Shown: in pieces, positions 13,565 to 59,700 of the stretch | How the letters are laid out: each line of letters opens with the position of its first letter | Numbering within the stretch: the first letter of the stretch is position 1 | Source: Magallana gigas | Taxonomy: Eukaryota | NCBI RefSeq assembly: GCF_963853765.1 | Contig: NC_088862.1 | Span: 4,526,001 to 4,590,000 of the forward strand | DNA length: 64,000 nucleotides | Reading direction: 5' to 3' | Position numbers and translations under genes: made by a program | The notes under the pieces: model-generated | Database searches by the model: none | Seen by the model: the letters and a program-made list of their open reading frames with translations, nothing else | Told to the model about the DNA's origin: nothing

Positions 13565-14339
13565 ACTGTAGTAATTTTGTTTGTATTGTGAGACCCATAT
13601 GATTGTATATCTATTACAAATAATTCAACTGCAATACTCCGTAGAGCAAATATATATTCAAAACTGAAGTATAGTCAGAATTCTATTGTTACAGTATAAC
13701 AAGTTTTTTACTCAACTGAACTGTCAATCATTTAAAGGTTCAATGAGCTTTTCTGACTACCTGAAAGCGGCTTCTACCTGAACTTTTTCAGTACTTTTTT
13801 ATAAGTTGGTAGGAGTTGAAAAGGTTACTTTTTAAATTATTAAGTTAAATAATGTCTTCGCCAATAGTAGAATAAGGTGATTTGATAAATAAATAGTTAG
13901 ATCTAAACTATTAACTAACAGAATAAGGTGAATGTAAAATGTATAATGTTAGAAAAAAAAAAATCTCTGTTTTTTGGAGCATCTTAATGTATTGCTCAAC
14001 ATTTTCATTCATTTTACTGCGTACATCACCTGTGGCTAAAATAGTCTGTAGAATAATGTCATTGAGTGATCAGATCTATCTACTAATTAATGGGAATGTC
14101 TGTAAATCACCTGTCACTGAAAGAATGGAATCGTGTGTAAAAGTTATGTACATCATCGGCATGTCAAAAGACTTGTGTTGGAACCATTCATTCTCTATGC
14201 GTATTGATTGAATATAATATACCACCGTCCTAACGGGTGTTATTTTACAGAAATGTCTACGACATACCATTCAATGACCCTGCTATATACCAGTGAAGAC
14301 CTGAATTGAACTGCTGTATAAGGACTTATTTTATGCGAG

Positions 14340-14580
14340 TACTGTTAAGATTCCTCATTAAACGCAAGGAATTAATATCTGCGTAAATAATGACAAGAAG
14401 CTTCCCTTGCAGTGATCTCAAAATCTCGCATTTATTTTCTTTTATAGCTGTATATACTGTATGGAATCATAACAAAAGTTCAGTGCTTAGAATTTTATGA
14501 TATTGTTGATATTGTGATTCGATACAAGATTCAGGCTTGCAAAATTAACTATTCGCATAAAATTAGGAGTTATTTATAAA
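14340..14580 (+). mobile_element. MITE, family B, decayed
   Basis: actgttaagattcc...gcaaggaattaatatctgcg, similar to the 18344 copy. Confidence 0.55.
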
Positions 14581-16476
14581 TATATATAAATATATAATTG
14601 GTTTATATCAAATTGCAACATATAATAACTTAGCGAGCATAAAACTGTTGTGATTGCTATATATATCATAAAACATTAAATGTTTTTGAAGTTAAAATAT
14701 ATAATTTTTATACATAATTATATGTATGTACAAAATTGAAAAAGGCAGAGCAATTACATTTTTAGATAAAATAACAATTTTAAAAAATTAAGATATTTCA
14801 TGCAGAAAATAAACTCTGTCGGTCAACTGATGCTACTAGCTACATGACTAAATAGCCTATAAATTATATTACTACTAGTACCCAAGAAGAAGAAAATATG
14901 AAAATATGATCATTTTTATGCATTCAAATGATGATAGATGAAAACGATGATTAAAATAATTATGATAATAAATGATTAATAAATGATAGTGACATAAAAA
15001 ATTATGATAATTTCGAGATAGCAGACAACAATATTGATGATCATTGTGGTTGAATTATGTGAGATTATAGGTGTAAATTTTACACCCCTCTCTCTTTCTC
15101 TCTATCTCTCTCTCTCATGGAAAAAGCTATCATTGATCATATTGATTGTGGTAAAAAAAATTTAGTACATGGAAAATCTCTATTACACTCGCAGCAAAAA
15201 GTAAAAAGAAAATGAGGTTATTACTTTTTTCATGTATAAGTTTCTTGCCAGTTGATTCAATCAATACCGATGAGATGAATCAGTGCATGCTTCTCCAACA
15301 TTTGAGTCAGTGTGCATTGAAGAAAATAGACAACATAAATGCAGATTTTCCACGGGAAAAAACCATTTACTTCTTAATAAATCTGCACGTTATTGGTCTG
15401 TAACGAGATGGGAAGTTAGTCTCAGGGAGACTTATGGCTTCTGTAATGGACCATTTTGCATCATGGTGTATTAAACGTTTGTTTCTGTAGTGGGCTGAAG
15501 TTGCAGTTTTTTTGACAGCACTCAAACACTTGAGTGAGACAGATTTACGGCAAATTGATGCTTCAGATATTATCAGTGTTGTATGAAGGTATTGATTAGA
15601 TGTAACTTTATTATATGGTCTAGAAAAAAACTATCAACCCAAAACTCTCCGTCTTAAAAATGTTTTAGATTGTAGCTAGACTCTCCTGTATAAGTCGAGA
15701 TTCAAATCATATATATGATTATTGATATGATTCATTTCTGTTGATGGGTTTCATTTTGCACTTAAAAGACTCCTAGTTTGTACAATTATGATCAATCAAT
15801 TGATAAACTGTAAATCACCTTTTATTCATGCACAAGAAAATTTCATGAGATATACAGGAACCTATATATGTCATTGCAAATCTTTTGTATTTGTTATTTT
15901 TGCCGAAAAAAAAGCTCAACTGTGAAAAATATTTGCTACAAACATTTTTATAACCATTAAATAGCTAAATAAAGTTGCCTCAATAAAAATTTGATTAATT
16001 AAGTTGCGTGACAATTAAATAAAATCAAAGACAAAGTAAGATATTACCTTCAGTTGTTACCATGGTTACTCCAGGGAACTAGAAAAATTATTACACACTG
16101 ATGATAATGAGGCCTGCAATCTATAGCTTGTATGGTCTGAACAATAAAATAAGTTTACATTAAAAATCTGTTAATTCCAGATTATTTCGAAGGCATGTTT
16201 CTCTGAACGTTGAATAAATGAGACCTTTGCTTCCTTGATATTGAAATAATTTAAGCTAACGAAAATAAAGCTTGACCATTTATGATTCTAAGAAGAAAAA
16301 AAATATGTGAAAAACTTTGCGTTCATTTTCCATTTAGAACAATTACTGGTTTTTCAGAGTTTTATGGATACCCTATAATTCAGACTTAAATCATTGTCTG
16401 GAACATGAACATTATTACAGTCTGCACAATTCTCACTTTCAGTACTTTGATTTTTAAAATTTTTTATATTTTACAG

Positions 16477-49524
<33,048 letters not shown>

Positions 49525-50586
49525 ACTGAATCCATTATCAGAGTGTATTAAACAGTGGCCAAAATTTTTATTTGTCTTTTGTTGAAAGCTAGTATAAATA
49601 TGGGTATTTTGTATACTGATTTCATACTTTTTCTGTGAACTGTTATTATCTTATTAAGTTTGAATTATGGGGAAAATGTTGATATGAACTAGCAATTAAA
49701 AAAAATCTCTCTGTTGCACTGCTTAACTATGTGTGGCTATAGAAAAAAATAATGATATGCAGGAACTAGGTAAATCTCTGTATGAGAATAACAACATTAA
49801 CAATGGTAACATGTATATGAGGCTATGAATGTTGCATCCTGTATTTTGAAGTGTTAGATTTTTTAGTAGACCAAGAAAAAATAAAGCGAAATAAACCTCA
49901 ATGATTTATGTTTATGTTCCTGAAACTAAAGAAAGGAGGACAGTGTCTCTATTTCTGCTTGTATCTGTCTGCTTGCGAGTTTACATGTATCAAAGAGAAG
50001 ACATAATATCCAATTCAATATCAGTGAAGGATCAAGGTCACTGCTTTGAGGCTCATAGAAGCATAACAGCACATCCAGATGTCAGCTTGAACTTCCCGAT
50101 TCATAGCTTTTAAAATAGAACAACTCCAATAAAATGCATCTTCTAATTATCAGAAATATAGTATAACCATCGACGTTACAAGTATTCAAAGCAGTACAGG
50201 AACAGTTAGTTTCCTCTGACCATCACAGAATGTTAATGAAGTTCCATCAGAAAAGACAATTTCAAATTTACGTTGGCTTTCACGAACACATGACGTAACA
50301 TGTTCCTAGGAACAAAAAATGTTTTATTGACATCAAATCGGTGAAAGAGAAGGCCTAAACAAACAGTGTATGCTTCGTTAATGTGTGGTCTTTGCATGCC
50401 TCTTTGAATACCCACGGTCATTCTCGCTTAGTGCCTTTCCGCCAACTCAATGGTTTTGTCTAATTTTTATGAATATCGTTTTAAAAATTTAATCCATGCA
50501 CCGATTTAAAAGCGTTTTTTTTTCAGTATGAAAACTAAGATCATGTTTTGAAAACACACTATTCATGTATTTGCATTCGTAGGCAA

Positions 50587-50633
50587 TGACGTGATTGGTT
50601 AGATTTCCTTTATAACAATGTGGAGGAGCCAAT
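50587..50633. promoter_or_regulatory. Paired CCAAT boxes with CRE-like TGACGT; possible promoter of the methyltransferase gene
   Basis: tgacgtgattgg (50587-50598) and gagccaatcag (~50626-50636) in a CpG-richer intergenic patch. Confidence 0.25.
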
Positions 50634-51131
50634 CAGATCGGATATGAATTATTTACTTAAAATAGGGAGGATTCAGCGAGTTTACCCACGCTTAAATATC
50701 CGAAATTATTTGCAGAGATAGAATATTTTACCGCGCATTCTAATCAAGCATGCGTGTCGCGCATAACGTTTGCACCCCATTACATACCTAGGTAATACTG
50801 TCATACATGTGATAAGAAGGCAATATCGATCTTGCAAATAATTTCATTTCTCAAAGCGCTATCTTTGTTTTAATTACCCACAGTTTAGGACGGCTGATCT
50901 TTTGTTTGTTTGTTTGTTTGTTGTTTTTAACCCGTCTATTTCATGTAGCATAAGCCAAATATCTGTCTGTCAAAAAATAAACCCCAAAAATGACCTACAT
51001 ATGCTACTGTGTGTTAATAGGTTATTGAATTCCAGGCCAATTACATTTAAAAACACGTTATTAGTACCGATCACTTTGAGTAAGTCGATTGCACTTACTA
51101 AAGGCAAGTTTATACGAAGGTAAATATATGA

Positions 51132-51280
51132 NNNNNNNNNNNNNNNNNNNNNNNNNNNNNNNNNNNNNNNNNNNNNNNNNNNNNNNNNNNNNNNNNNNNN
51201 NNNNNNNNNNNNNNNNNNNNNNNNNNNNNNNNNNNNNNNNNNNNNNNNNNNNNNNNNNNNNNNNNNNNNNNNNNNNNNNN
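51132..51280. other. Assembly gap
   Basis: run of N. Confidence 1.
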
Positions 51281-52164
51281 AAACAGGAAAGTTTAAATCA
51301 TTCAGCAAAATTACGGATAAGATTTCTATATTTGTTATTGAGAATAGGTGTATATTTGGATTTATTAGTAAATCTTCTATTAAAATTTAGTTTGAAAATG
51401 TGTGTGCGGCATGTTCTGAACGTATACATGACCGTATATACGTGTTCCTCGAAGAAAACATTTAATCCTAGCTATCATAATAGGATTAAAACTAAAATGA
51501 TCCGACACAATTATTTCAATGACTTTAGCCTGTATGTTTTGACAATTTAATCGGTGTACTTTGTATTTTCTGGTTGTACGCGGGTGGTGGGGGTCTAGTG
51601 CATATATACATGTACTTTAGTCCAATGTACATAACTCCCAGTGACTCGACAACAAAAAAAAAAGGGGGGGGGGGGGGGTGCCAAGATTACATTTTGAGGC
51701 AATATCCCTTTATTTTCATATAGACTAGGTAATGAAATAAAAGTTAAACATTTCCTAATACACTTTGTGTTAATAAGTAATTATAATATATAATGTCAGA
51801 CTGTATATTTAGGTGAGACTGTTAATTTAGACAAATTTGATCAGCGTATTTCTAGTTTCACTTTTACAAAGTGCTGTATTTGAAATGACGTACCAATATC
51901 TTTTTCAAAACATTGACGTTATGTTAGGTAATATAACGATAAAGTTCGAAATATCTTGGTCCGCGCTACTATATTTTCAACATAGCTGAGATTGAATTCT
52001 TCCTATACAAAATATACTATAAGTCTCTGAATATTTTAACTATTATTCACTCTTTTTATTATTTTAGAGAGTAAAGCCCTTTTCTCGTTTGAGATAGTAA
52101 AGATTCGTAAAAGCGCTTTGAAGTGAGTAATATACATGTTCGTATCATGTGACCAGGGGCGACA

Positions 52165-53091
52165 ATGAAATTTCCCCGTCGATTGGCCTCCCTCACCCTC
52201 CTAATTATGGGAGGGTTATACTTTCTGATTAACTCGCAGTGTCTGAGTAAGAAACGCAAGATTCTGGAAGGTGATGAAGTCTTTGGTAAAGTATTGACGA
52301 ACGAGAATGGTGTTTGGTATGACGAGGAGGAAATCTGCAATTCACGTTACAATTTTGTGCGCACGCAACTCAAGATGGAGAATTCCCTAGATATTTTCGT
52401 TTATCCTACATCAATTGACAAATGGGTTTCGGGGAGGATCATTAGGGAAGGAAAGTGGGAGGAAGACCATATCCAGAATATATACCGAATCCTGAAGTCC
52501 GATCCTTCTATTATTTTTCTGGACATTGGAGCAAATGTGGGCGTGTTCGCCTTGACAATGGCCAAGTTGGGTAACCAAGTGGTGGCGATAGATGCATTAG
52601 GTGATAATGTGGGACGAATCTGTGCTTCCATGAAAACCAATAACCTCAAAGACAGAATGTCAATCATTCATAATGCGCTGTCATATACTCGTGAAAAAGT
52701 GTCCCTTGGGAAATTTCATCTCAACGTGGGCGGGACCTTTATCAAACAGATGGGCGTGTCAGCAAACAGTGACGTCATCGTGATTGACACCATATTGCTG
52801 GACGACCTCTTAGATTTGTACAAGTTCAAAGGTCGTCGTGTCGTCATCAAAATGGACGTGGAGACGTTTGAGGCGAATGTTTTAAAAGGCGCGTTCGAAT
52901 TCTTTAACAATGTTCGCGTGGAATTCGTGTTAATGGAATTCATGGCCCATAAAGGAAAGGAAAGTGGGGACTTCATTGTGCAATATTTAAAGGATTTTGG
53001 ACTGGAGCCCGATGTGTCAAATAGCAACCACAGTACGTGGCCTATGGACGTTATGTTCAGAAAATCAAGTGCTGTCCACAGTAAACGTTAA
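52165..53091 (+). CDS. FkbM-family (Methyltransf_21-like) SAM-dependent methyltransferase with N-terminal signal-anchor, 308 aa, intronless CDS
   Basis: Long ORF with SAM motif IFLDIGANVGVF, VVAIDA and IKMDVETFEANVLKGA; hydrophobic LASLTLLIMGGLYFLI at the N-terminus; polypyrimidine-AG at 52050-52067 suggests a 5'UTR intron. Confidence 0.88.
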   Translation: MKFPRRLASLTLLIMGGLYFLINSQCLSKKRKILEGDEVFGKVLTNENGVWYDEEEICNSRYNFVRTQLKMENSLDIFVYPTSIDKWVSGRIIREGKWEEDHIQNIYRILKSDPSIIFLDIGANVGVFALTMAKLGNQVVAIDALGDNVGRICASMKTNNLKDRMSIIHNALSYTREKVSLGKFHLNVGGTFIKQMGVSANSDVIVIDTILLDDLLDLYKFKGRRVVIKMDVETFEANVLKGAFEFFNNVRVEFVLMEFMAHKGKESGDFIVQYLKDFGLEPDVSNSNHSTWPMDVMFRKSSAVHSKR

Positions 53092-53172
53092 GAGAACTGG
53101 ATTGTTGTGCATGGCCATTTTTATACAATACACAGGGGGTCCGCCCCCTCCCCTTTTGTAGATTAAAATTTT

Positions 53173-53308
53173 NNNNNNNNNNNNNNNNNNNNNNNNNNNN
53201 NNNNNNNNNNNNNNNNNNNNNNNNNNNNNNNNNNNNNNNNNNNNNNNNNNNNNNNNNNNNNNNNNNNNNNNNNNNNNNNNNNNNNNNNNNNNNNNNNNNN
53301 NNNNNNNN
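53173..53308. other. Assembly gap
   Basis: run of N. Confidence 1.
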
Positions 53309-53807
53309 TTTGTTGTTATTTATCATTCTTATAATATTTCAAGTCTTACTACTAGAATAGCTCACAAAGGTGTCTTTAAACACCTTATATTTACATTCTA
53401 CTGTGTTTTTCCATTAAATTCCGTGATGTTTAAATGCCTCTAAATGCAACACCTATTCACTGCGTATGAATTTACATGTAATTTACATAAGTAGTTCTCA
53501 AACAGTGATTTCTATGTTATCGGTTAAAAAATGTATTTCATAAATGTTGTCAAAACACCATGTTTTATAATTATTCAACAAAACAGTTGCTATATTGTTA
53601 AAAGCAACATTTCAATAGTTATTTTTCATGGATTATATTTTCATGCTCGTCGATCTCATCTCAACGGTCTCTGTGAAAACCAGTTTAAACCGGTATTGCA
53701 AATCAGCTGTTCTTGCTGTTACTAATTTACTCCCTCCGTGGTCTTCACTTTATATCGATTTATTTCAGTAAACAATTGATTTCTTCAGTAAGGGAATGTA
53801 AATATAA

Positions 53808-53962
53808 GCATTAAATGATTTATTTTTGACGTCGTCGTGTCAATAACTGCCGTCAGGTGAGCAGACAAATTATCATAACGCGCTAACGCGCGTTATTCAA
53901 TTTGGCTGCTCACCTGACGGCAGTTATTGACACGACGACGTCAAAAATAAATCATTCAATGC
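53808..53962. repeat. 155-bp palindrome with a 51-bp perfect stem
   Basis: 53814-53864 is the exact reverse complement of 53906-53956. Confidence 0.95.
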
Positions 53963-54799
53963 TATAAAAAAACTTTGGGGGCTTCCGGGGGCTTCGTCTC
54001 TGTGCTCCTACAGGGGGTCTCAAGTCAGCCCCCAGACCCTCAGTCGTTTCCGACCCCCTTTCAACATATCATGGATGCGCCATTGCAATATTAACCTCCT
54101 TAAGACGAAGATTTCTATATAAAGATAAAGGAAAACATTCAATTTTAGTATAAAATATTTGAATTTTTCCTACTCTAAATAGTTATACATGTAGTTTTAT
54201 AGTCAAAAATGTATTTAAATTTTCCAAGCAGATCTGATTGGCAATTTGTTGACCATCCAGCATCCTTTACGTATAACATTTAACTGTGCATTATTTATAA
54301 AACGTTTAGTGGCGGGAAGTAACCCCATGCAGTTAAAATCTACTAATATAGTATAGTACGTCGATTTGAATTTTCTTGAAAAATACAACCATAAGTGAAT
54401 AAAACTTTCTTTGGTTGCAAGATACAGGATTTTTTAAACAAAAAAAACGTGTGGTTTTTTTTTTAATTTGGGTCTAATTGATGCGGGTAAGCTAGCAAAG
54501 ATAGAAAAATGCATTTTTGCTGAGCTTAATATATTTCATGTAAACTGAGAAGTGCGTAAATTGTTTATTGTCGATCAGCACATTGCATAAAAGGAACGGT
54601 CAATTATTCCATATAAATCAGATTCCATTATAGAGTCACCCCCTTCATACCTGCAGGAATTATTTGATATTTTAGGTTTGGCCACTTCAGGTTCCCCTTT
54701 TCAAAAACGATGCTTCATGCCTGGAACATACATGCAATATGAATGTTACCAAAACTATACTAGATAGTCCCATATCAAGCCATGCAGTCGGTGGAGTCA

Positions 54800-55000
54800 C
54801 TGTAAACCAAATTTTATTTGCGACGACTTGAAAAACTGGTTCGCAGCAATTAATTTTCGCCACCAAGCTGTATCTACAATTGTGTTGTCTTTATGCCCAT
54901 ACATCAAGGACTAGATTGCGACGAGAAATACTAGCGACGATGGGGCTCTCGCGAACCTCGCGAATAATTTCTCGCACGCGAATAAAAGTTGGTTTAAGTA
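54800..55000 (-). mobile_element. MITE, family A
   Basis: ctgtaaaccaaattttatttgcg...gcgaataaaagttggttt. Confidence 0.7.
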
Positions 55001-56747
55001 AATATTTGATCACCAGGTAATTTCACAGACACCCCAAAACTTTTTTTAAAAAACATTTATTTAATGAACTCTACTGTAGTCGGATTTGAGTTTTATTTAC
55101 ATATGTGCGTATTAAATATCACTATCAAGTTATAAAACACATTATGATGAACTCTAGTCAAATCGATTTGAACTTTTATTACGTGTACATATGTTGGTGC
55201 TAAAGATCACCACCATCAACATGATCGATCAAGTTATCTTCTAAGAGCGTTATTAAATCATCTATGAGATGTCTGAGAATTTTCGCACCCAGCTTCCTTA
55301 CTAATAACTTATGTATCATTCATTGACAAGGGAAATTTGCAAAACTTTGATAACGTAACCTTCGTCAGAACGCACACAGTGCACTGGTAATAAACAATAA
55401 GTTGTACACAGGTTTGGTTTGTATCTAAGAATACAGTAGGATTTATAACAAATAAACAACATAATAAAAAAATTACATAATACACACATGTACATGTATT
55501 CTTCTGTTTATGTACAAAATAATTTCCAATTGATCATACAATCAAAACAATACAGTTGTACATGTATAAGAATATTATGATAGAGGGAATTGGAGGCAAT
55601 TTGGTAAAAACGATACTGAAAACATAACAATAAATCAAAATCTATAGTAACTGTAATACAGCTCTTGTAATTATGTAGCTGTTTTAAAAATATTAAACAG
55701 TTATTTATTGGGAAGATGAATGGAACCTAGCCCATTCACGAATATATTCTGTAAAGTTTGTATCGTATAGTGTGGTGGTCCATTGAAAGAGAATGCAAGA
55801 CAGGTGCCCGAGGTTATCAGGATTATAGCAAAGTCCGTGCACTGGTTACATGCACGTGTTTTCACGTACGTTCGAATTCGGATTAAACATGTCAGCTCTC
55901 AACGGTAAATTTACTTGCACGCGATATTGAAATGCAAAAATTTTCTTTAAATTTATTATCTACCTGTGTTAATAAATTAATTACCGTTTGGATTTTGGAA
56001 TTACTGTATTTTTAACATATTTATTGCATAGTATAACATATAATATGTAAGATACACAAATATTTCAACAGAAGTTCTAACAAGTGGTTTTCACCTTCAA
56101 AATATACAAAATGATTATAACTTTTACAATTAGATTTTGTATGTTGATATTTGCAGTCCATAAGATTTAGGGAAATTTAGGGAGAAATGTACATATTTAT
56201 ATAAATTTTTAAAAGTACAGATGTCAAACTAGTCGTTTTATTGATTTTTAAACAGCAGCAACTTAAAGATGCTGCTTTTCATATCATATATGTTATGACT
56301 GAATTAAATTAACGTCAAATGGCCGAGACCCACAAATGTAATACATACATACATGTATTAGTAATGTAAATGTCTAACTCAATCATTTATAATATGCACG
56401 AGTTGTTTTATAAAAGCATTTATGGGAACTTCTATTATTACCGATATCTATGTTTATTTTATATGTATATTTCACTTGTTTTGAATATAAAATCCTTTAG
56501 TTATTTTGGAATAAAAAATAAATATTGTTAGTACATGTACCGGTTCCAGGGGTTATCTTATCATGACTGTTGGGGTAAAAAAGTTACGTTGATGAATATA
56601 TTTGCACGAAAATGCAAATGCCTGTAATAAAATGCATGCAAAATGATTAAAATATATAATTTAAGCTTTCCTGTAATCTACCGGTACACACGTATTATTA
56701 CAACCGTCACAAAAACAAGTAAATTTTTAACAAACTCAAAACAATTT

Positions 56748-59700
56748 CTACATTGTCCTGTTCTTGGGCAGGAAATGCAGTGACTTTGTGAGGGTGGAGG
56801 TGGTGTGGGGGACAGAGTAGCTCTGGCTGGGGCGTATCCCCTGCTCCTCCAGCTTACCCAGGTACAGCCGATTCACGTGGAAGATGACGTCGAAGATTTC
56901 CCCCGACCTTCGACCGTCTCGTAAGGGGTTATACAAGTGTTTCTGTAACGCCTCTTTCAGGCCTTCGATGTACCAGGATAAAGCACTGTTATCTTCATAC
57001 CAGCCATATATGCCTATATAAATTTTTTAAAAAATGAGAAATTAAAAACAGTTAATAGGAAAATGAAGTACAGTACACATAGCTACTGGCTAGATTTTAG
57101 AAACTGTATCTACCATATTTTAAGCTCAAGTAGATTTGCATTACTTGACTTGTATATGGTTATGATTTTTGGGCTAATATAGGATTTCTATCTTTTTATA
57201 CCAATATCTTTTCATTCAACATTAGACAGAAGAATTGCCTTATCAAATTAAAACAGACACTACAAATATGTGTTAAACAAGAATGCATGTTAAAGATTTC
57301 TGGATTCAAGATATGATTTATAACAATACATAATATGTAAAACTTTGATGATTATAATATGTGAAAAAGTTATACATATATTAATTAGAAGTTCTATTAG
57401 TTAACTTTTGGGATAAAAAAATACACCCCACATACCAGGGATTGTAGAAACTTGACAGAGAATATCCGCCTCTGTGGGGATACTCTGTATTTCTGGCTGT
57501 AATCGGGATGAGGATGAACCAGTGTCTTTTACACAGTCAGCAATGTTGTAGGTAAAGGCTGGACACAGCTGTAATTACAACATAAATAGGTCAAGGTTAC
57601 GTACTTGCATCAAAATTCATATAGCTAATGAAGTCCTTGGGAACATAGACTACAAGTATACACTTGTATGGTAAAACCTATCAAATAAAACAGTCTCAAT
57701 AATATCATAACAGTCACAAAATTAATAAAAACATGTTTCTCTCTCTCTCTTTCTCTCTCTCCAAAAGTTTATTGTTATGTTCATACCTGCATAAAGAAAA
57801 GCTTTGGTTTCATGGCAAGTGAGGGGCATTTGTCAGCTTGGAACTGACTGATAATCTGTTCCACTGGAATCAGTTTGTCCGTCTCTCCTTCACAACACAT
57901 GACAGCGCCATCTATCCCGTAACTAAGGATGACCATCACAAAGCAGTCACAATCACTGTAGTCATTCAGAGCCGGATCCCTGGCTGCAAAGTATTCATAG
58001 TAAATATAGCACATTCAGCAAAATTAATGATCAAGAAAGTTGATATATAAAAGTTAAACACACTTGAAGATACAAATGTACGAGCCCCACTTCCTCAAAA
58101 GGTTACTGGAAGATATTGAGATTTGTAATAGTGCTACCTTGTCTATCAATACCATATGCCTGTAATAATGTCCAATAATAGCCTTCCTAACATGAAAAAA
58201 GATGCTGAATCATGGCTAGCCAGATCAACTTCTGTATAAGATATAATGCTAAATTTCTTTATGGGTTTGAAATAAAGTTTTAGTTTCAAAGAATAGCAAT
58301 AACCTCTTCCATCCTTGATACAATGTAATAACAGAGACCCCTACCATCCTTGATGATATCCATCAGCTGTGATGACGAGACGTCATTGATCAGAATCTCT
58401 TTCTGACCCCCTGACCTCCGGGTCACAGGTTCAAACGACAGAGTTTCCAGCAGGTTAGTCATGGCCGATGCATCCTTGATGGAGTCTTCTCTCTCTGGCC
58501 GCTGCCGTCTGTCCGCGTAACGCATGTTGTTAATCACTAGTGCTCTCCCTATTTTTCTGTGGTCCATTTTATATTCGGTTCCAAAGAAGACGGATTTAGC
58601 CATTGATATTGGTGCTGACACTTTTTCTCTGAAAAATCAGAAAACACATGTATGTTAGATATTAATTGGGATTCAGAAAGTTTTATATGAACTGTAAATA
58701 ACGTTGTTCCACATTGTTATGATTGGATATGAAACATAGAAGACCCTGACCCAGAAGTTTGTATTCATGTGCATTGAAAAATATGCTTAAAAGACAAATA
58801 AAATATATTTTCAAATCCTTGATCCCTCGTACAACATTTCAGGGCAGCATTATACAAATGTTGTGAGGTTTTCCCTGTTTCTTTTAAACATGCAAAAAAT
58901 TTTCATTCCAAATAATTTCTACCTCTGTTTAATTGTACAATTTTTATGGCATAATAAAGTGAAAACATTTTGTAGCTGATGAATAATAAAAATTGATAAA
59001 TTGTTCTAGGTTTACAAGTTGCTCATAGGTCATAAGTTCCTTTGTAAAATGCAGCTCAGGCCATGGTAGCTGGTATAGTATCAGTACAACATAGAACTCA
59101 AAACTAGTTGTTTACCGGTTTGTACTTGAAGGATAGATGGCTTTGGTTCCTGACTGGTGCACAGCATCTTGTTTTTCTGGTTCCTGTGTCCTACTTGAGG
59201 AAGCTTTGATCCCCGAGAGAATTTCAGAGTGATCGTCAGAGACCATATCAATGTCATTGCTATCGTTATCCACAAACATATATGGAATTTGGAACTGATT
59301 CCTTGGGAGATGCTCTGTCTCCCCAAACGGTGACACCAAACTGGCATCAACCTTGGAAAAGGATTTCTTCCTCCCATCAAAAGGACCTATCAATCAAAAT
59401 ATACTAGACTAAGTCTCATTACAATATAAATCACAAATTTGAGCTTTAAGAAAAATTGCAAATGCATAGAGAACACACATATTTTCTCTGCTGCATTATG
59501 AAAACACTAAACACGGTAATAACTTATTAAGAAAACAAATATTGTGGGTTTTTTAACATTACCTTAATATATATATTTCTACATTATAAAAATTGAAAAA
59601 AAATTCAACATAATAAATTCATATATCCCTTGACAGTCTCATGCTGCTTGCAGCTATCAGAAATATACATGTATACTATTAGAGAGTAACCAAGTCGGTG

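Noticed and set aside
52401-53027. Antisense ORFs inside the methyltransferase
   Set aside because: Shadow ORFs of the real + strand CDS.
54091-54700. TTAA|CCTCCTTAAGACG possible piggyBac-type left end
   Set aside because: No matching right end found; boundaries cannot be supported.
58150-58232. Possible extra caspase exon after cttatacag
   Set aside because: The peptide is not caspase-like, and the flanking exons already join in frame without it.
59081-59380. 99-aa minus ORF with ATG overlapping caspase exon 2
   Set aside because: Wrong frame: it leaves the donor in phase 1, whereas the next exon needs phase 2.
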